Source of the DNA: Candidatus Peribacteria bacterium | GTDB taxonomy: Bacteria; Patescibacteriota; Gracilibacteria; Peribacterales; Peribacteraceae | Length of the DNA: 64,000 bases | Assembly (NCBI GenBank): GCA_018652265.1 | Contig: JABICL010000030.1 | Location: 6,818 to 70,817, forward strand | Reading direction: 5' to 3' | Shown here: piece by piece, positions 36,217 through 46,012 of the stretch | Position numbering within the stretch: the first letter of the stretch is position 1 | Layout: the number at the start of each line of letters is the position of its first letter | Notes under the pieces: generated by a model | What the model saw: the letters and a program-made list of their open reading frames with translations, nothing else | What the model was told of the DNA's origin: nothing | The model's database searches: none | Translations under genes and position numbers: made by a program

Positions 36217-37005
36217 CTATCCCAAAACCTTCTCTTTAAGAATTCCGATCAATTTCTCCGGATCATTTTCTTTTATCTCAAGCTTTTCTACTAGAGTCAT
36301 TACTCCAAACCTGACTTTCAATCTGTTTTCTGCTTTTGGCTTAAGGCTTTTTACAAAATCAGGAAGGCTTTTACCTGTTTGCTCTAGGTATTTCTCTAAA
36401 TCCATACCAAATTGCTCCAAATACTGAATATGAGCCTCAAGCATAGCTCTAACTTCTTCCTCTACAAGCTCCTCTGCTATTTCAACTTTTGTATTGGAAG
36501 CTAAGGCTTCGAAGAATTTCTCTTCTGTCCATGTTTCATCTTTCTTTCCTTCATTTTCTTCTTTCTTATCCTTATTTTCACCCTCTTTCTCTTTCTTATC
36601 TGCCTCCTTATCTGCTTCTTTTTGTGCTTTTTTTACATCTTTCTTTATCCCCTTTTCATCTACTTTCACATTTGGATTCTCCACAAATATTAAATTAAGA
36701 GTAAGAGGACTAGTAGAAGTAACCTCCACTCTTGGTCGAATGATTGGTTTCACATCTTCTTTTTTTATAACTTCCTGCAAAGCTCCTGGAACTAAATGTT
36801 GCACTGTCTCTTCTAGAATTTTATCTTCTGAAATTTTTTCTTTAACCATATCTACTGGAGCATTTCCCTTCCTAAATCCTTTTACATCAATACTTTTTGC
36901 AAGTGCTTCCATAACCTCAGATTCAGCCTTCTTATATACATCCTCTTCGAAAGTAACAGTAGCCTGAGTACGTGATGCGCTTAGCTTTTTTATAGTTATA
37001 TTCAT
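36217..37005 (-). CDS. tig: Trigger factor lacking the PPIase domain
   Basis: N-terminal ribosome-binding GFRKGNAP motif and Trigger_C-like C-terminus joined by K/E/D-rich linker; 262 aa. Confidence 0.75.
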   Translation of the reverse strand: MNITIKKLSASRTQATVTFEEDVYKKAESEVMEALAKSIDVKGFRKGNAPVDMVKEKISEDKILEETVQHLVPGALQEVIKKEDVKPIIRPRVEVTSTSPLTLNLIFVENPNVKVDEKGIKKDVKKAQKEADKEADKKEKEGENKDKKEENEGKKDETWTEEKFFEALASNTKVEIAEELVEEEVRAMLEAHIQYLEQFGMDLEKYLEQTGKSLPDFVKSLKPKAENRLKVRFGVMTLVEKLEIKENDPEKLIGILKEKVLG

Positions 37006-37925
37006 TTCTTCTTACGCCAGAAAACAAGTAATGGAGTTGCTAAAAATAGAGAAGAATATGTTCCTATTATCAGTCCCACAATTAGAGTCAAAACAAACCA
37101 TTTAATGCTTTCTCCGCCAAGGAAATATAGTGCAAACAAAGGAATAAGCGTACTTAAGCTTGTATTTATGGATCTAGCTATACTTTGCTGTAATCCCCTT
37201 TCTGCTACCTCTTTGAAAGTATCTTTACGATCTTGATTGAACACATTCTCACGTACTCGATCAAAAATAACTATCGTGTCATTTACAGAATAACCAAGGA
37301 TTATAAGAAGCGCCGTTACGAATAAGGTATTTACTTCAAAGCTTGTGAAGCTTCCTATGAGAACAAAAATTCCAATGGTAATTATAAGATCATGAATCAA
37401 AGCAATTACAGCAATCACTCCGAACTTCCATGGGCTTAATTTTTTTGGAATATTTCTGAATGCATATGCAATATATAGAACCATAACAACTGCGGCGGTA
37501 AGTATTGCCCATACCGATCTTGTTTTTAGCGTATTTCCAACAGTTGGACCTATGGTTGTAAATCTTTGCTCTGTAAATGTACCTATTTTATTTGTTAGAT
37601 GTTCGCTTAGAGCAACATGAATCTCATTTGTAATTTCTTTTATTCTCACTATATATCCTCCTTCTGAAGTTTTTAGAATATAAGGCTGTCCTAGATCAAC
37701 TTCATTTTCTGATGCAAACTCAGAAAGCTCATTTTCAAAATTAGCTTTCTCTGTGTCTTCATCAAATGACAATTCAATCAGAGTTCCACCAGTAAAATCT
37801 ATTCCAAGCTTTAGGCCTGGATACATAATCAATGAAACACCGATAAGAACTAAAACAGATGATAAGGTAAGCCAGAGTCGTAATTTGTTAGTTATGCTGA
37901 ACATATGTGAAACCAAGGATAACAC
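37002..37925 (-). CDS. secF: Protein-export membrane protein SecF
   Basis: GIDFTGGT motif, 6 TM. Confidence 0.85.
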   Translation of the reverse strand: MLSLVSHMFSITNKLRLWLTLSSVLVLIGVSLIMYPGLKLGIDFTGGTLIELSFDEDTEKANFENELSEFASENEVDLGQPYILKTSEGGYIVRIKEITNEIHVALSEHLTNKIGTFTEQRFTTIGPTVGNTLKTRSVWAILTAAVVMVLYIAYAFRNIPKKLSPWKFGVIAVIALIHDLIITIGIFVLIGSFTSFEVNTLFVTALLIILGYSVNDTIVIFDRVRENVFNQDRKDTFKEVAERGLQQSIARSINTSLSTLIPLFALYFLGGESIKWFVLTLIVGLIIGTYSSLFLATPLLVFWRKKK

Positions 37926-37955
37926 GTAGCAAGACCCACAGAAAATGAATTCTTC

Positions 37956-39170
37956 CTAAAACACTAGTACCTCCGGCCAGAAAATCATAAGAATACCAAG
38001 TGTAGCCATCAAAACCCCTCCAAATATAAGAGAGAATCTTCTATATCTTGTAGTTAGACCAGTTGCTCTCAAGGTACTTATAGCAATTGCGAATATGATC
38101 AAATCATCGATCATGTAAGCAATTATGTATAGAAGCATGTACCAATATCTCGATAGATTCGATAAATCATTAAATGCAAGAATTTCTGTAAATATCGCAG
38201 GCAGCCCTGCGGTACATACTAGTTCTATGAGATTTACAGAGAATGCGAGAATTGCAACACCCAGAATCATAGATGGCCAAGATGCAATCTCTATTACACG
38301 CCTCATCTTATCTATAGTTTTCTTTCTGGAGCTTAAATTAGTAACTTTGCATTCATTCGGATCTTTCCCAAAAGCTTCATACAGATAAAAAGATCCACCA
38401 CCAATTGCAACTATACCTATCAATTTTTGTACCCAAACATTCAACCCAACCAGAAGAAATACATTTAGCCATGCAGCTATAAATACATAGTACATAGCTC
38501 CAGATACAAACAGGAATATCCCACCAATTACCCATATCTTTTTCCATGATCTTGTATTTATAAGGAGTGTTAGCAGAGTTATAAGAACCCACATTGCACA
38601 TGGATTAAATCCATCGAGTCCTCCAAGTATCAAAGAAAGAACTGGCAAAGAAAATTCTCTAAGATCTGTTTCTCCTACAAACCAAAAATCAAAAACAAAA
38701 CGATCATCATTTCCTTCTACAGTACATGGAACAGTTGGATCATCGATACACGTCTCCCCTCCTCCTACTATCTCCGAAGTTCCTTCTCCCAACAAAAATT
38801 TATTAAACGAAACGCAACCGCTATCACTAGGCGTACAATTATTTATTATATTTTTAAGTCTTTCTCCCGTTGTTTCATCTGTATCAAATCCTTGAATTAT
38901 CTGGCCGTCTATTACAGTAACAGGAACTGCCTGCTGCAATCCTGGCAGTCTAAGCTGTAATTTTTCAAAAAGATCCTGTGCTTCTTTATGAATAACATTG
39001 TGATATGTAACCTCAGGAGCGTCTTCCCATTTATCCACAAATTCTTTTAGGTCAGCACAATGAGTACATCCATCACGTACGAATACATGCATGTCGCCAT
39101 CACCTGCTGCAAAAGCAGTAGACGCAAAAGAAACCAGAAAGGCTATTAATAGAACTTGTACCTTTTTCAT
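37956..39170 (-). CDS. Membrane thiol-disulfide oxidoreductase-like protein (glutaredoxin-fold CTHC + DsbD/CcdA-like membrane domain)
   Basis: Signal peptide, FVRDGCTHCADLKEF, then multi-TM domain with GFNPCAMW. Confidence 0.55.
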   Translation of the reverse strand: MKKVQVLLIAFLVSFASTAFAAGDGDMHVFVRDGCTHCADLKEFVDKWEDAPEVTYHNVIHKEAQDLFEKLQLRLPGLQQAVPVTVIDGQIIQGFDTDETTGERLKNIINNCTPSDSGCVSFNKFLLGEGTSEIVGGGETCIDDPTVPCTVEGNDDRFVFDFWFVGETDLREFSLPVLSLILGGLDGFNPCAMWVLITLLTLLINTRSWKKIWVIGGIFLFVSGAMYYVFIAAWLNVFLLVGLNVWVQKLIGIVAIGGGSFYLYEAFGKDPNECKVTNLSSRKKTIDKMRRVIEIASWPSMILGVAILAFSVNLIELVCTAGLPAIFTEILAFNDLSNLSRYWYMLLYIIAYMIDDLIIFAIAISTLRATGLTTRYRRFSLIFGGVLMATLGILMIFWPEVLVF

Positions 39171-39187
39171 GCTTTTACTTTAGCATT

Positions 39188-39709
39188 TCATCTTATTTTC
39201 CGTAACCCTGTTCTAAGCAAAAATATCGCCTTTCTGAGAGCTATTTTTGATTTATATAAATCATCTTCTGTTTGAATATTTTCAAGAATAGATTTTGCAT
39301 TTAATAATTCTTTTGGATTATCTGCTGTAGCAAATTCTATCCTCGATAAATGTGACATAAGAATTTTTGCCTGCAACTTTCTATAACTAAGAACAACTGG
39401 CTTCCACTCAATTCTAGTGGCAGATATTAGATTGTCTAAACTTTCACAATCATTTTTAGAAGCTAGAATCTCTGCCTGATCTTTTGTCCATGCAACAAGC
39501 CAATCTGCTTTTGTACGAAAATCTTCTCTCTCCTCAGCAGAAAGAGTTTCGTTTCTCTGAATTTTCTCCATAGTACTTCTTATTCTTCCGCTTCCTTCAA
39601 GCAATACTCGAATTACATTTTCCTTTTTCTGCGCACATGAAGCAGACTCTGCCATTGCAGATTGAAATGATATTAGAAATATAATAATAAAAACATATAG
39701 AAGTCTCAC
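39188..39709 (-). CDS. Secreted hypothetical protein (173 aa)
   Basis: Signal peptide; TAGAAT 7 nt upstream of GTG start. Confidence 0.55.
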   Translation of the reverse strand: MRLLYVFIIIFLISFQSAMAESASCAQKKENVIRVLLEGSGRIRSTMEKIQRNETLSAEEREDFRTKADWLVAWTKDQAEILASKNDCESLDNLISATRIEWKPVVLSYRKLQAKILMSHLSRIEFATADNPKELLNAKSILENIQTEDDLYKSKIALRKAIFLLRTGLRKIR

Positions 39710-39863
39710 TTGATGGATTCTATCAAAATTGCAAATTAGCGACAGTCCAACTTTCGCTCTTGGTGGCTTGCCAGCCGAAGTCGTAGCGGATCGTTCAGGA
39801 TAAACTTCTCATGTTCAATCACATATAATCGCGGCGTAGTCCGCCATGGCGGACGAAGCCGGA

Positions 39864-39951
39864 TGGTACCGCTGACTGGATTCGAACCAGTACGCTCATA
39901 TATGAGCAAGGGATTTTAAGTCCCTCGTGTCTACCATTCCACCACAGCGGC
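39864..39951 (-). tRNA. tRNA-Leu (anticodon TAA), long variable arm, CCA encoded
   Basis: Anticodon loop CTTAAAA; variable stem GCTCA/TGAGC; T-loop TTCGAAT. Confidence 0.9.
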
Positions 39952-40032
39952 ATTTGAAATAACTGCAATTATCCTAGCAAACCCTGATGTATTCCTCTAG
40001 ACTTTCGATCTACTAGAATTACCAAATTTACC

Positions 40033-40581
40033 ATGAAAAAAGCATTACCTATATTCGCTTTAACGACCTTATTAGCCTTATCTGCATGCGGTGGAGATTT
40101 AGATGACCCTCTTGCAAGAGATTGTGAAGTAGAAAGAACAGAAATAGAGGATGTTTCATTATGCCTTCCTACAGATTGGACAATAATTTCTCAAGGATTC
40201 GGTGAGCAGAGTAATTACGTAATAATGGTTAGTGCAGCAAATTCTGGAAGTGTAATGCAATTACATGTGAAGAAAGATGATTTGCAAGAGCCAGTCAAAT
40301 CAACAACAGAGCTTTCTGAAAAAGCAGTAGATCTTGCAAGACAAACTGCTCCTAATTATTCAGTAGTTTCCACAGATCCAATAACTATAGATGGCAAAGA
40401 TTCAATACTACATATATTCGATGCTCAACCTGCTGGGAATGAAGAATCTGTTAGATATTACCAATTTGTAACTACTTCAAGTGGTTACATGTACGGCTTT
40501 ACGGCAGTCATGAAGCCGGGATTGGATGAATACCTATTGGAGATTGTTATAGATGTACTGAAGGGTATTAGATTTATCTAA
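40033..40581 (+). CDS. Lipoprotein (182 aa)
   Basis: Lipobox LALSAC. Confidence 0.6.
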   Translation: MKKALPIFALTTLLALSACGGDLDDPLARDCEVERTEIEDVSLCLPTDWTIISQGFGEQSNYVIMVSAANSGSVMQLHVKKDDLQEPVKSTTELSEKAVDLARQTAPNYSVVSTDPITIDGKDSILHIFDAQPAGNEESVRYYQFVTTSSGYMYGFTAVMKPGLDEYLLEIVIDVLKGIRFI

Positions 40582-40637
40582 ACACAGCATCTTATCATTG
40601 CAATCAGTACGTGTGATCAATTAGAATTGATAAGTAC

Positions 40638-40712
40638 GCGGGTATCGTATAATGGCTATTATGACGCCTTGCCATGGCGTAGATACGGGTTCAATTCCCG
40701 TTACCCGCTCCA
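40638..40712 (+). tRNA. tRNA-Gly (anticodon GCC), CCA encoded
   Basis: Anticodon stem ACGCC/GGCGT, loop TTGCCAT; T-loop TTCAATT. Confidence 0.88.
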
Positions 40713-40806
40713 TCCGGCTACGCCGCGGTTTACCGCGACGGAGTCTAGTAGCCGAGGTGTCACGGCGTAGTTGAGTGAGCAGAGCGAATGAAACGAAGCC
40801 GGACAG
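40713..40806 (+). repeat. Palindromic tRNA-trailer element (family E)
   Basis: TCCGGCT..AGCCGGA terminal inverted repeat, nested CTACGCCG/CGGCGTAG and CGCGG/CCGCG stems; TCCGGCT..ACGCCGCG also follows tRNA-Leu (39825-39863) and CCGGCTACG follows the tRNA-Gly-CCC duplicate (43710). Confidence 0.7.
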
Positions 40807-40917
40807 TAATTGGCGTACTATCTAACACAAACCTCAATTTGGAAAGATTGAAGCTTTTTGGTGTTGGATTTTTATTTAGATATCACTTTATACATTGAAA
40901 TCTAAGAGTAAAATCGA

Positions 40918-42426
40918 ATGCCAATGTCTTCTTCTGAATTAGAAAGCGAAGTAATGGAAAGAGCTGGAAACCAGTGTGAATTGCTAGTTTTAATAAATAA
41001 AACCATTCTAGAAGTTAGACATGAATTAGGTGAATCAGGAGTAATAGATGTTGAAGAATTAATTTCTACAGTAGACGAGAGAACAAATGATATAGGAGAA
41101 TTAACAGATATCTCGAATGATTTGAGAAGACGTTGGATCAGAGCATTAGACTCTTCAAATGAATCACCACTTGTTCAATATTCTAGATTTATCTCTGAAA
41201 GATTTTCATCAAGAGATGAAGTAGAAACATTAGTTAAAAATGCATTGGAAAAAGAAGATCAATTATTGCAAAAACTGACATGTGATTATCCTTTGATAGG
41301 CTTATCAGCTAATCAGTTACATCATGAGTGCATCGCTGATGAATCTAATCTTCCACTTAGAGGATGGTTTGAAGATTGCTTGAGACTTGCAGCTGAAACT
41401 CACAATGGAATCAGAACATTCTTTGATACTTGTTTACATAGAGCAGATAAAACAGGTCAATCTGAAATATTGGCACCATTTTTGAATGATTGGGAAAAAG
41501 ACATAGAGATAACCCTGGCGGAGTGCGTCAATTTAGCCAATGTATTTATAATTCACGCACAACAAGAAAATTGTGCCGTTTTTGCAACTCACATAGTTAT
41601 GCCAATAACAGGAGAAATTGTGGTAAATGGAAAGACAAAGAAAAGAACACCTAATACTTCAAGTCAAGAAATAATGGCAATGAAAAAATTCGATTTTCTA
41701 TCTAAAAAATATCGAAGATTTTTTGATCCGCGCAATATAGTAGACGAAGAAAAAAACATTGCTGCAGTGCCAGTTATAATAAGTTTTGAGGATATAAGAA
41801 GATTTTTGAAATTCTATAATACATTTTGGAAGAATATATCAGAGGGCATAAAGCCTACAGGAAGTCATCCTTCACAAGATAAAAATGGTGCAAAGATAAT
41901 AGATCTAAAAGAAGCAGCTTCGGTGACTAGTAGGCCTAGAAAATATGAAGACAGAGAACCAAGAATCAGTATATGTCGTACAGGAAATCAATTTGGTAAA
42001 TTTGATTTGCGAATTGATCAAGACGGTGCATGGCAAGTCACATTTGATTTCGGAAATACTGACTACGAAAAAACATTAGACTGTACACGTAAAATTTGTA
42101 CAGGCATACAAAGTGGTCATCTAATAACAGATTTATCCGAAGTGGTTGGAAAAGATGATGCAGACATGTCTAGAAGTGGCAATGGAAGATATCCATCTAT
42201 TATGGGAGCAAAAGATGTGGAAGGCTTTACAGCATCAGATAGGGCATCTTTACTTGGATCTGCTATCGTGCACGCAGGAACTGATATAGGAACTCGTAGT
42301 CGCGGATTAAAAATATCACATCACTTTGCAGAACACACACAAAATGGATATCAAATGAGAGGAGTTGAATTTCAGGAAATAGCAAAAGCTATGACAATAA
42401 TGCTTACAAGAAATATAGGAAATTAG
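40918..42426 (+). CDS. Hypothetical protein (502 aa), no recognizable domain
   Basis: ORF only; start ATG 40918 or 40924. Confidence 0.55.
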   Translation: MPMSSSELESEVMERAGNQCELLVLINKTILEVRHELGESGVIDVEELISTVDERTNDIGELTDISNDLRRRWIRALDSSNESPLVQYSRFISERFSSRDEVETLVKNALEKEDQLLQKLTCDYPLIGLSANQLHHECIADESNLPLRGWFEDCLRLAAETHNGIRTFFDTCLHRADKTGQSEILAPFLNDWEKDIEITLAECVNLANVFIIHAQQENCAVFATHIVMPITGEIVVNGKTKKRTPNTSSQEIMAMKKFDFLSKKYRRFFDPRNIVDEEKNIAAVPVIISFEDIRRFLKFYNTFWKNISEGIKPTGSHPSQDKNGAKIIDLKEAASVTSRPRKYEDREPRISICRTGNQFGKFDLRIDQDGAWQVTFDFGNTDYEKTLDCTRKICTGIQSGHLITDLSEVVGKDDADMSRSGNGRYPSIMGAKDVEGFTASDRASLLGSAIVHAGTDIGTRSRGLKISHHFAEHTQNGYQMRGVEFQEIAKAMTIMLTRNIGN

Positions 42427-42427
42427 C

Positions 42428-43507
42428 CTACTCCTTCACTACATGCACCGTCTGCGTTGGGAAGGCGAATTCGATGCCTTCTTTTTCGAATTCTCCTACA
42501 AGTCCTAGATTTATCTCTTGTCTTGCATCCATGTATTCAATGTAATCTCCAGTAAGTGCATAGAATACGATTTCAAAATTTATACTGAAATCTCCAAACT
42601 CTTTTAGATGAACACGATCTAATTCTGCATTTTCTATAGAAACAATCACACTTTTTACAATCTCAGGAATCTTTGCAAGTTTCTCTTTTGATGTGTCATA
42701 CGTCACTCCTACTACAAAAGGTATGCGGCGTTTTTGCATCTGCTTGAAGTTTCTTACCCTGCTACTTGTTAGCTCTGCATTCGAAATTACAATCTCTTCA
42801 CCTTGCAAAGCCTCTATTCTAGTTGTTTTGAGGCCTATTTTTTTAACTGTTCCCATATGATCTCCAACAACAATAAAGTCTCCAACTCTAAATGGCTGAT
42901 CGAAATATATGGAGAAGGAGCTAAACATATCTCCCAAAATATTTTGAACAGCAAGGGCAATGGCAATACCTCCAACTCCCAAACTAGCTACTAGAGAAGT
43001 AACATTAAAGCCTAAATTAGAAAGCACAAGTATTGCTCCAATAGTCCACAAAGCAATCTTTATGATTATCTGCAACACATGAGACATGTGCTCTTTTTCG
43101 GATTCATTTCTATCCCCCATCCAAAATCTAACTACAAAGAATAAAATTATACGTTCTAGAATACGAATTACTTCGTAAACTATAACTACTACAAATAATC
43201 CATAAATTACTTTTTCAACAATTTCAGAAGAAGAAACAAGTCTTGAGGCTATAAATAATGATGTAACAAAATAAAAGAATCCACTAATTCCTTCTAGCAT
43301 TTGAATAATTGCATCATCTCCTTTGAAGGAGGTTTTTTGAACTATTTTGCTTATCCTACTTATTACCACTCGTCTGAATACTTGTAGTGCAACATACACA
43401 CATACAAGACATGCAACTGCAACTAGCCAGTCTTGTAGAGAATTGCCGATAAGCTGCTTGGAAAGGATTTCTTTGTATTGTGTCATGACCTCCATATATT
43501 CTACCAT
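42428..43507 (-). CDS. mscS: Small-conductance mechanosensitive channel (MscS family)
   Basis: GVGGIAIALAVQNILGD..PFRVGDFIVV..GTVKKIGLKTTRI; ORF-track start 43558 overlaps tRNA-Gly, so a downstream Met (43507/43495/43486) is used. Confidence 0.85.
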   Translation of the reverse strand: MVEYMEVMTQYKEILSKQLIGNSLQDWLVAVACLVCVYVALQVFRRVVISRISKIVQKTSFKGDDAIIQMLEGISGFFYFVTSLFIASRLVSSSEIVEKVIYGLFVVVIVYEVIRILERIILFFVVRFWMGDRNESEKEHMSHVLQIIIKIALWTIGAILVLSNLGFNVTSLVASLGVGGIAIALAVQNILGDMFSSFSIYFDQPFRVGDFIVVGDHMGTVKKIGLKTTRIEALQGEEIVISNAELTSSRVRNFKQMQKRRIPFVVGVTYDTSKEKLAKIPEIVKSVIVSIENAELDRVHLKEFGDFSINFEIVFYALTGDYIEYMDARQEINLGLVGEFEKEGIEFAFPTQTVHVVKE

Positions 43508-43520
43508 AAATCTGATCCTA

Positions 43521-43595
43521 GCGGGCGTCGTATAATGGTCATTATGGAAGCTTCCCAAGCTTCAGAAGGGGGTTCAATTCCCCTCGCCCGCTCCA
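43521..43595 (+). tRNA. tRNA-Gly (anticodon CCC), CCA encoded
   Basis: Anticodon stem GAAGC/GCTTC, loop TTCCCAA. Confidence 0.88.
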
Positions 43596-43622
43596 ATCTG
43601 CATCAGCAGATTGGAGCTTTTC
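43591..43622 (+). terminator. Hairpin-T tract using the tRNA 3-prime end
   Basis: CTCCAATCTGC-atca-GCAGATTGGAG-CTTTTC. Confidence 0.65.
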
Positions 43623-43709
43623 ATGCTGCGAACAACGAGCGAAGCGAGGCAGTAAGTAGGATGAAAGGCAGTGCAGAGGAGCGTAGCGACGTGGTGCTCG
43701 CCCGCTCCA

Positions 43710-43874
43710 CCCGGCTACGTCCAAAAGTATGCATTTCTCGAAATGCATACTAACAAACACAAACCTTGGGAATTAAAATCATATACCGCTTTTACTGATC
43801 GTAATCGTGCTGAAGAATTCGAGATATATCTAAAATCCCATTCTGGAAGAGCATTTACTAGAAAACATTTGTAA
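43710..43874 (+). pseudogene. Remnant of a GIY-YIG nuclease gene (core deleted)
   Basis: C-terminal ..HKPWELKSYTAF..AEEFEIYLKSHSGRAFTRKHL resembles GIY-YIG family C-termini, but the GIY..YIG..R..H core is missing; 12-bp-arm perfect palindrome AGTATGCATTTC-tc-GAAATGCATACT at 43726-43751. Confidence 0.5.
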
Positions 43875-43898
43875 GGTGACGACACCAAGGCACCTCAA

Positions 43899-44909
43899 TC
43901 AATCATCCCCTTCCACACTTATAGGATCCTGGAAGTTGTTATCTGCTTCCTGAACAGTTCTAGGACGAGGACGGAAACCACTCTTGAGCTTAAGCTGTAA
44001 AACAGCATTCGTGTTCTTTATAGACTTTCTGTAGGAAGTATTAACTCCTCTCCTGAGAAGAGCATTGCCAGTTTGCCTGGAAATTCTAGATGATGATCTA
44101 GATAAAGATTTATTTCTCTGATAATTACGATATTCCACTAGATATTCACATCTTTCTGTCCATGAACTTCTAGGAACTTTCGCACAGTTATTATTTTCCA
44201 CATATCTCCTTATCCTTGCCTCTTCGGATCTACTAAGAGAATCTGATCCTGGACCGTCTTCATCAAATTCTTCTACATCGACTCCAGCACTTTCAGAATA
44301 AGAGCTATCACCTGTAGTTTCAAAACGGCTCGTATCTATAGGGGCAACTCTTCTACTGCTTACCCTTCTATTTACAGCCCTAGTTCTGCGCCCAATTCTT
44401 CTTCTTGCCAAAGCCTCTTTTGTTTTGGAATCTTTTTCTCTAAGCAAATAAATACATCTTTCATATTCTGCTGTCTCGAGGCCATCACTTTCACAATTAT
44501 CATTTCTTACATAACCCTTTATACGACTCTCTCTGTTATTGTCTAACTCTTCAGACCCAGGACCATCTGGATTGAAAACTGTGCTACCTGTTTGAACTGC
44601 TACTGTTTTATTAGGTAATTTTAATCGTTCACTCGTTGTTCTACGTCTTAATTGCATTCTCCTATCTCTTCTGGAAAGATTTTGACATTGCCTTTCCCAA
44701 TCTAAATATTCATACCTTACTTCTTGTTCATCAGACAAATTTCTAGGAATAGATCCACTATTTAGGTATCTCTTAAATCTAGCCTCAGTGTGAGTGTCTA
44801 ATGCATCTGATCCAGATGGTGCAACATCGCAATTAACTTCTGCTGCATTTACCTGAACAGTTCCAATAAAAATAAAGGTTATTATAAAAAGTGTTTTTAC
44901 ATTTCTCAT
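43899..44909 (-). CDS. Secreted Arg-rich protein built from three about 100-aa repeats
   Basis: Signal peptide; repeats each with PGS(D/E).L....E(A/S)R(I/F)(K/R).Y(V/L).N..C...ERC.YL; TAGAAT 7 nt upstream of ATG. Confidence 0.6.
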   Translation of the reverse strand: MRNVKTLFIITFIFIGTVQVNAAEVNCDVAPSGSDALDTHTEARFKRYLNSGSIPRNLSDEQEVRYEYLDWERQCQNLSRRDRRMQLRRRTTSERLKLPNKTVAVQTGSTVFNPDGPGSEELDNNRESRIKGYVRNDNCESDGLETAEYERCIYLLREKDSKTKEALARRRIGRRTRAVNRRVSSRRVAPIDTSRFETTGDSSYSESAGVDVEEFDEDGPGSDSLSRSEEARIRRYVENNNCAKVPRSSWTERCEYLVEYRNYQRNKSLSRSSSRISRQTGNALLRRGVNTSYRKSIKNTNAVLQLKLKSGFRPRPRTVQEADNNFQDPISVEGDD

Positions 44910-44968
44910 AAAACAAATTCTAACACATTAGTATGTTTTTGTACTGCTATTACAACCTTTGGCTCTGC

Positions 44969-45928
44969 CTAGCGCAATCCAACTGACTTTCTTACTCTAT
45001 CCATAGTCTTTTCTGCAATTTTCCTAGCTTTTGCAGCGCCATTCTTTACAACTTCTTTTGCAGACTCATCCGAAATTTCCAATCTCTTCTTTCTCATATC
45101 ACCAAAATAATTGAAAAATTCTTCTGCTAACATTTTCTTAGCATCACCATATCCAAGTCCCCCAGCACGATACTTATCTTCCAATTCTTTCTTACCATCA
45201 TCATCCAAAAACAAAGAATGTATTTTGAATACATTGCAGTTTTCTGGATCTTTTGGCTCTTCTACTCCTTTTGAATCCGTAACTATTCCCATAATTATTT
45301 TTTCTGTCTTCTTGTCATCTGCAAAAAGTGGAATCGTATTTCCATAACTCTTACTCATTTTTCTGCCATCCGTACCTGGAACTACTGCAACATCTTCTCG
45401 TATCTGAACATCTGGCTCTTTTAGAACTCCATCTCCATATGCATTATTAAATTTCTGAGCTATATCACGAGTCATCTCTATATGTTGCTTCTGATCTTTT
45501 CCTACAGGAATCAAATCCGAGTCATATAACAAGATATCCGCAGCCTGCAAAACAGGATAAGCAAAGAGGCCATGATTTGGCTCTAAGCCTTGTGCAAGCT
45601 TATCTTTGTAACTCACTGCTCTTTCAAGTAACCCCATAGGAGTAATACAAGAAAGAATCCATAAGAGCTCTGCATGCTCTGGAACATCTGATTGAAAAAA
45701 CAGAATTCCTTTCTCTGGATCAAAACCACAAGCAAGAAGATCTTTTACTAGATTCATTCTGTATTCCCTTAATTCATTTGCATCACGAACAGAAGTAAGA
45801 GCATGTAAATCTACCACTATATAAATATTCTCTTCTTCTCCCATTAATTCTATATTTGGCTTTATAGAACCAAAATAATTTCCGATATGTGGATCGCCTG
45901 ATGGCTGCATTCCTGATAGTACTCGCAT
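44969..45928 (-). CDS. trpS: Tryptophan--tRNA ligase
   Basis: PHIGNYFG (HIGH) and KMSKS motifs; TACAAT 6 nt upstream of ATG. Confidence 0.93.
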   Translation of the reverse strand: MRVLSGMQPSGDPHIGNYFGSIKPNIELMGEEENIYIVVDLHALTSVRDANELREYRMNLVKDLLACGFDPEKGILFFQSDVPEHAELLWILSCITPMGLLERAVSYKDKLAQGLEPNHGLFAYPVLQAADILLYDSDLIPVGKDQKQHIEMTRDIAQKFNNAYGDGVLKEPDVQIREDVAVVPGTDGRKMSKSYGNTIPLFADDKKTEKIIMGIVTDSKGVEEPKDPENCNVFKIHSLFLDDDGKKELEDKYRAGGLGYGDAKKMLAEEFFNYFGDMRKKRLEISDESAKEVVKNGAAKARKIAEKTMDRVRKSVGLR

Positions 45929-45977
45929 GAGCGGATTGTATCATATGCAACAGAAAAGCGACTAACAGTACAAGCCT

Positions 45978-46012
45978 GCTAATCGCTAATCGCTGCCTGC
46001 TAATCGCTTACT
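45978..46012. repeat. Heptad block GCTAATC x4 (+1) at the rplL stop
   Basis: gctaatc gctaatc gctgcct gctaatc gcttact. Confidence 0.8.

Noticed and set aside
36489-36967. Antisense ORFs opposite tig (and similar 60-150 aa ORFs opposite pnp, recG, the FG-GAP pilin, pcrA, rsmA and others)
   Set aside because: They lie entirely within well-supported genes on the other strand. Their low-complexity Ser/Leu/Phe composition is typical of the antisense frames of AT-rich genes.
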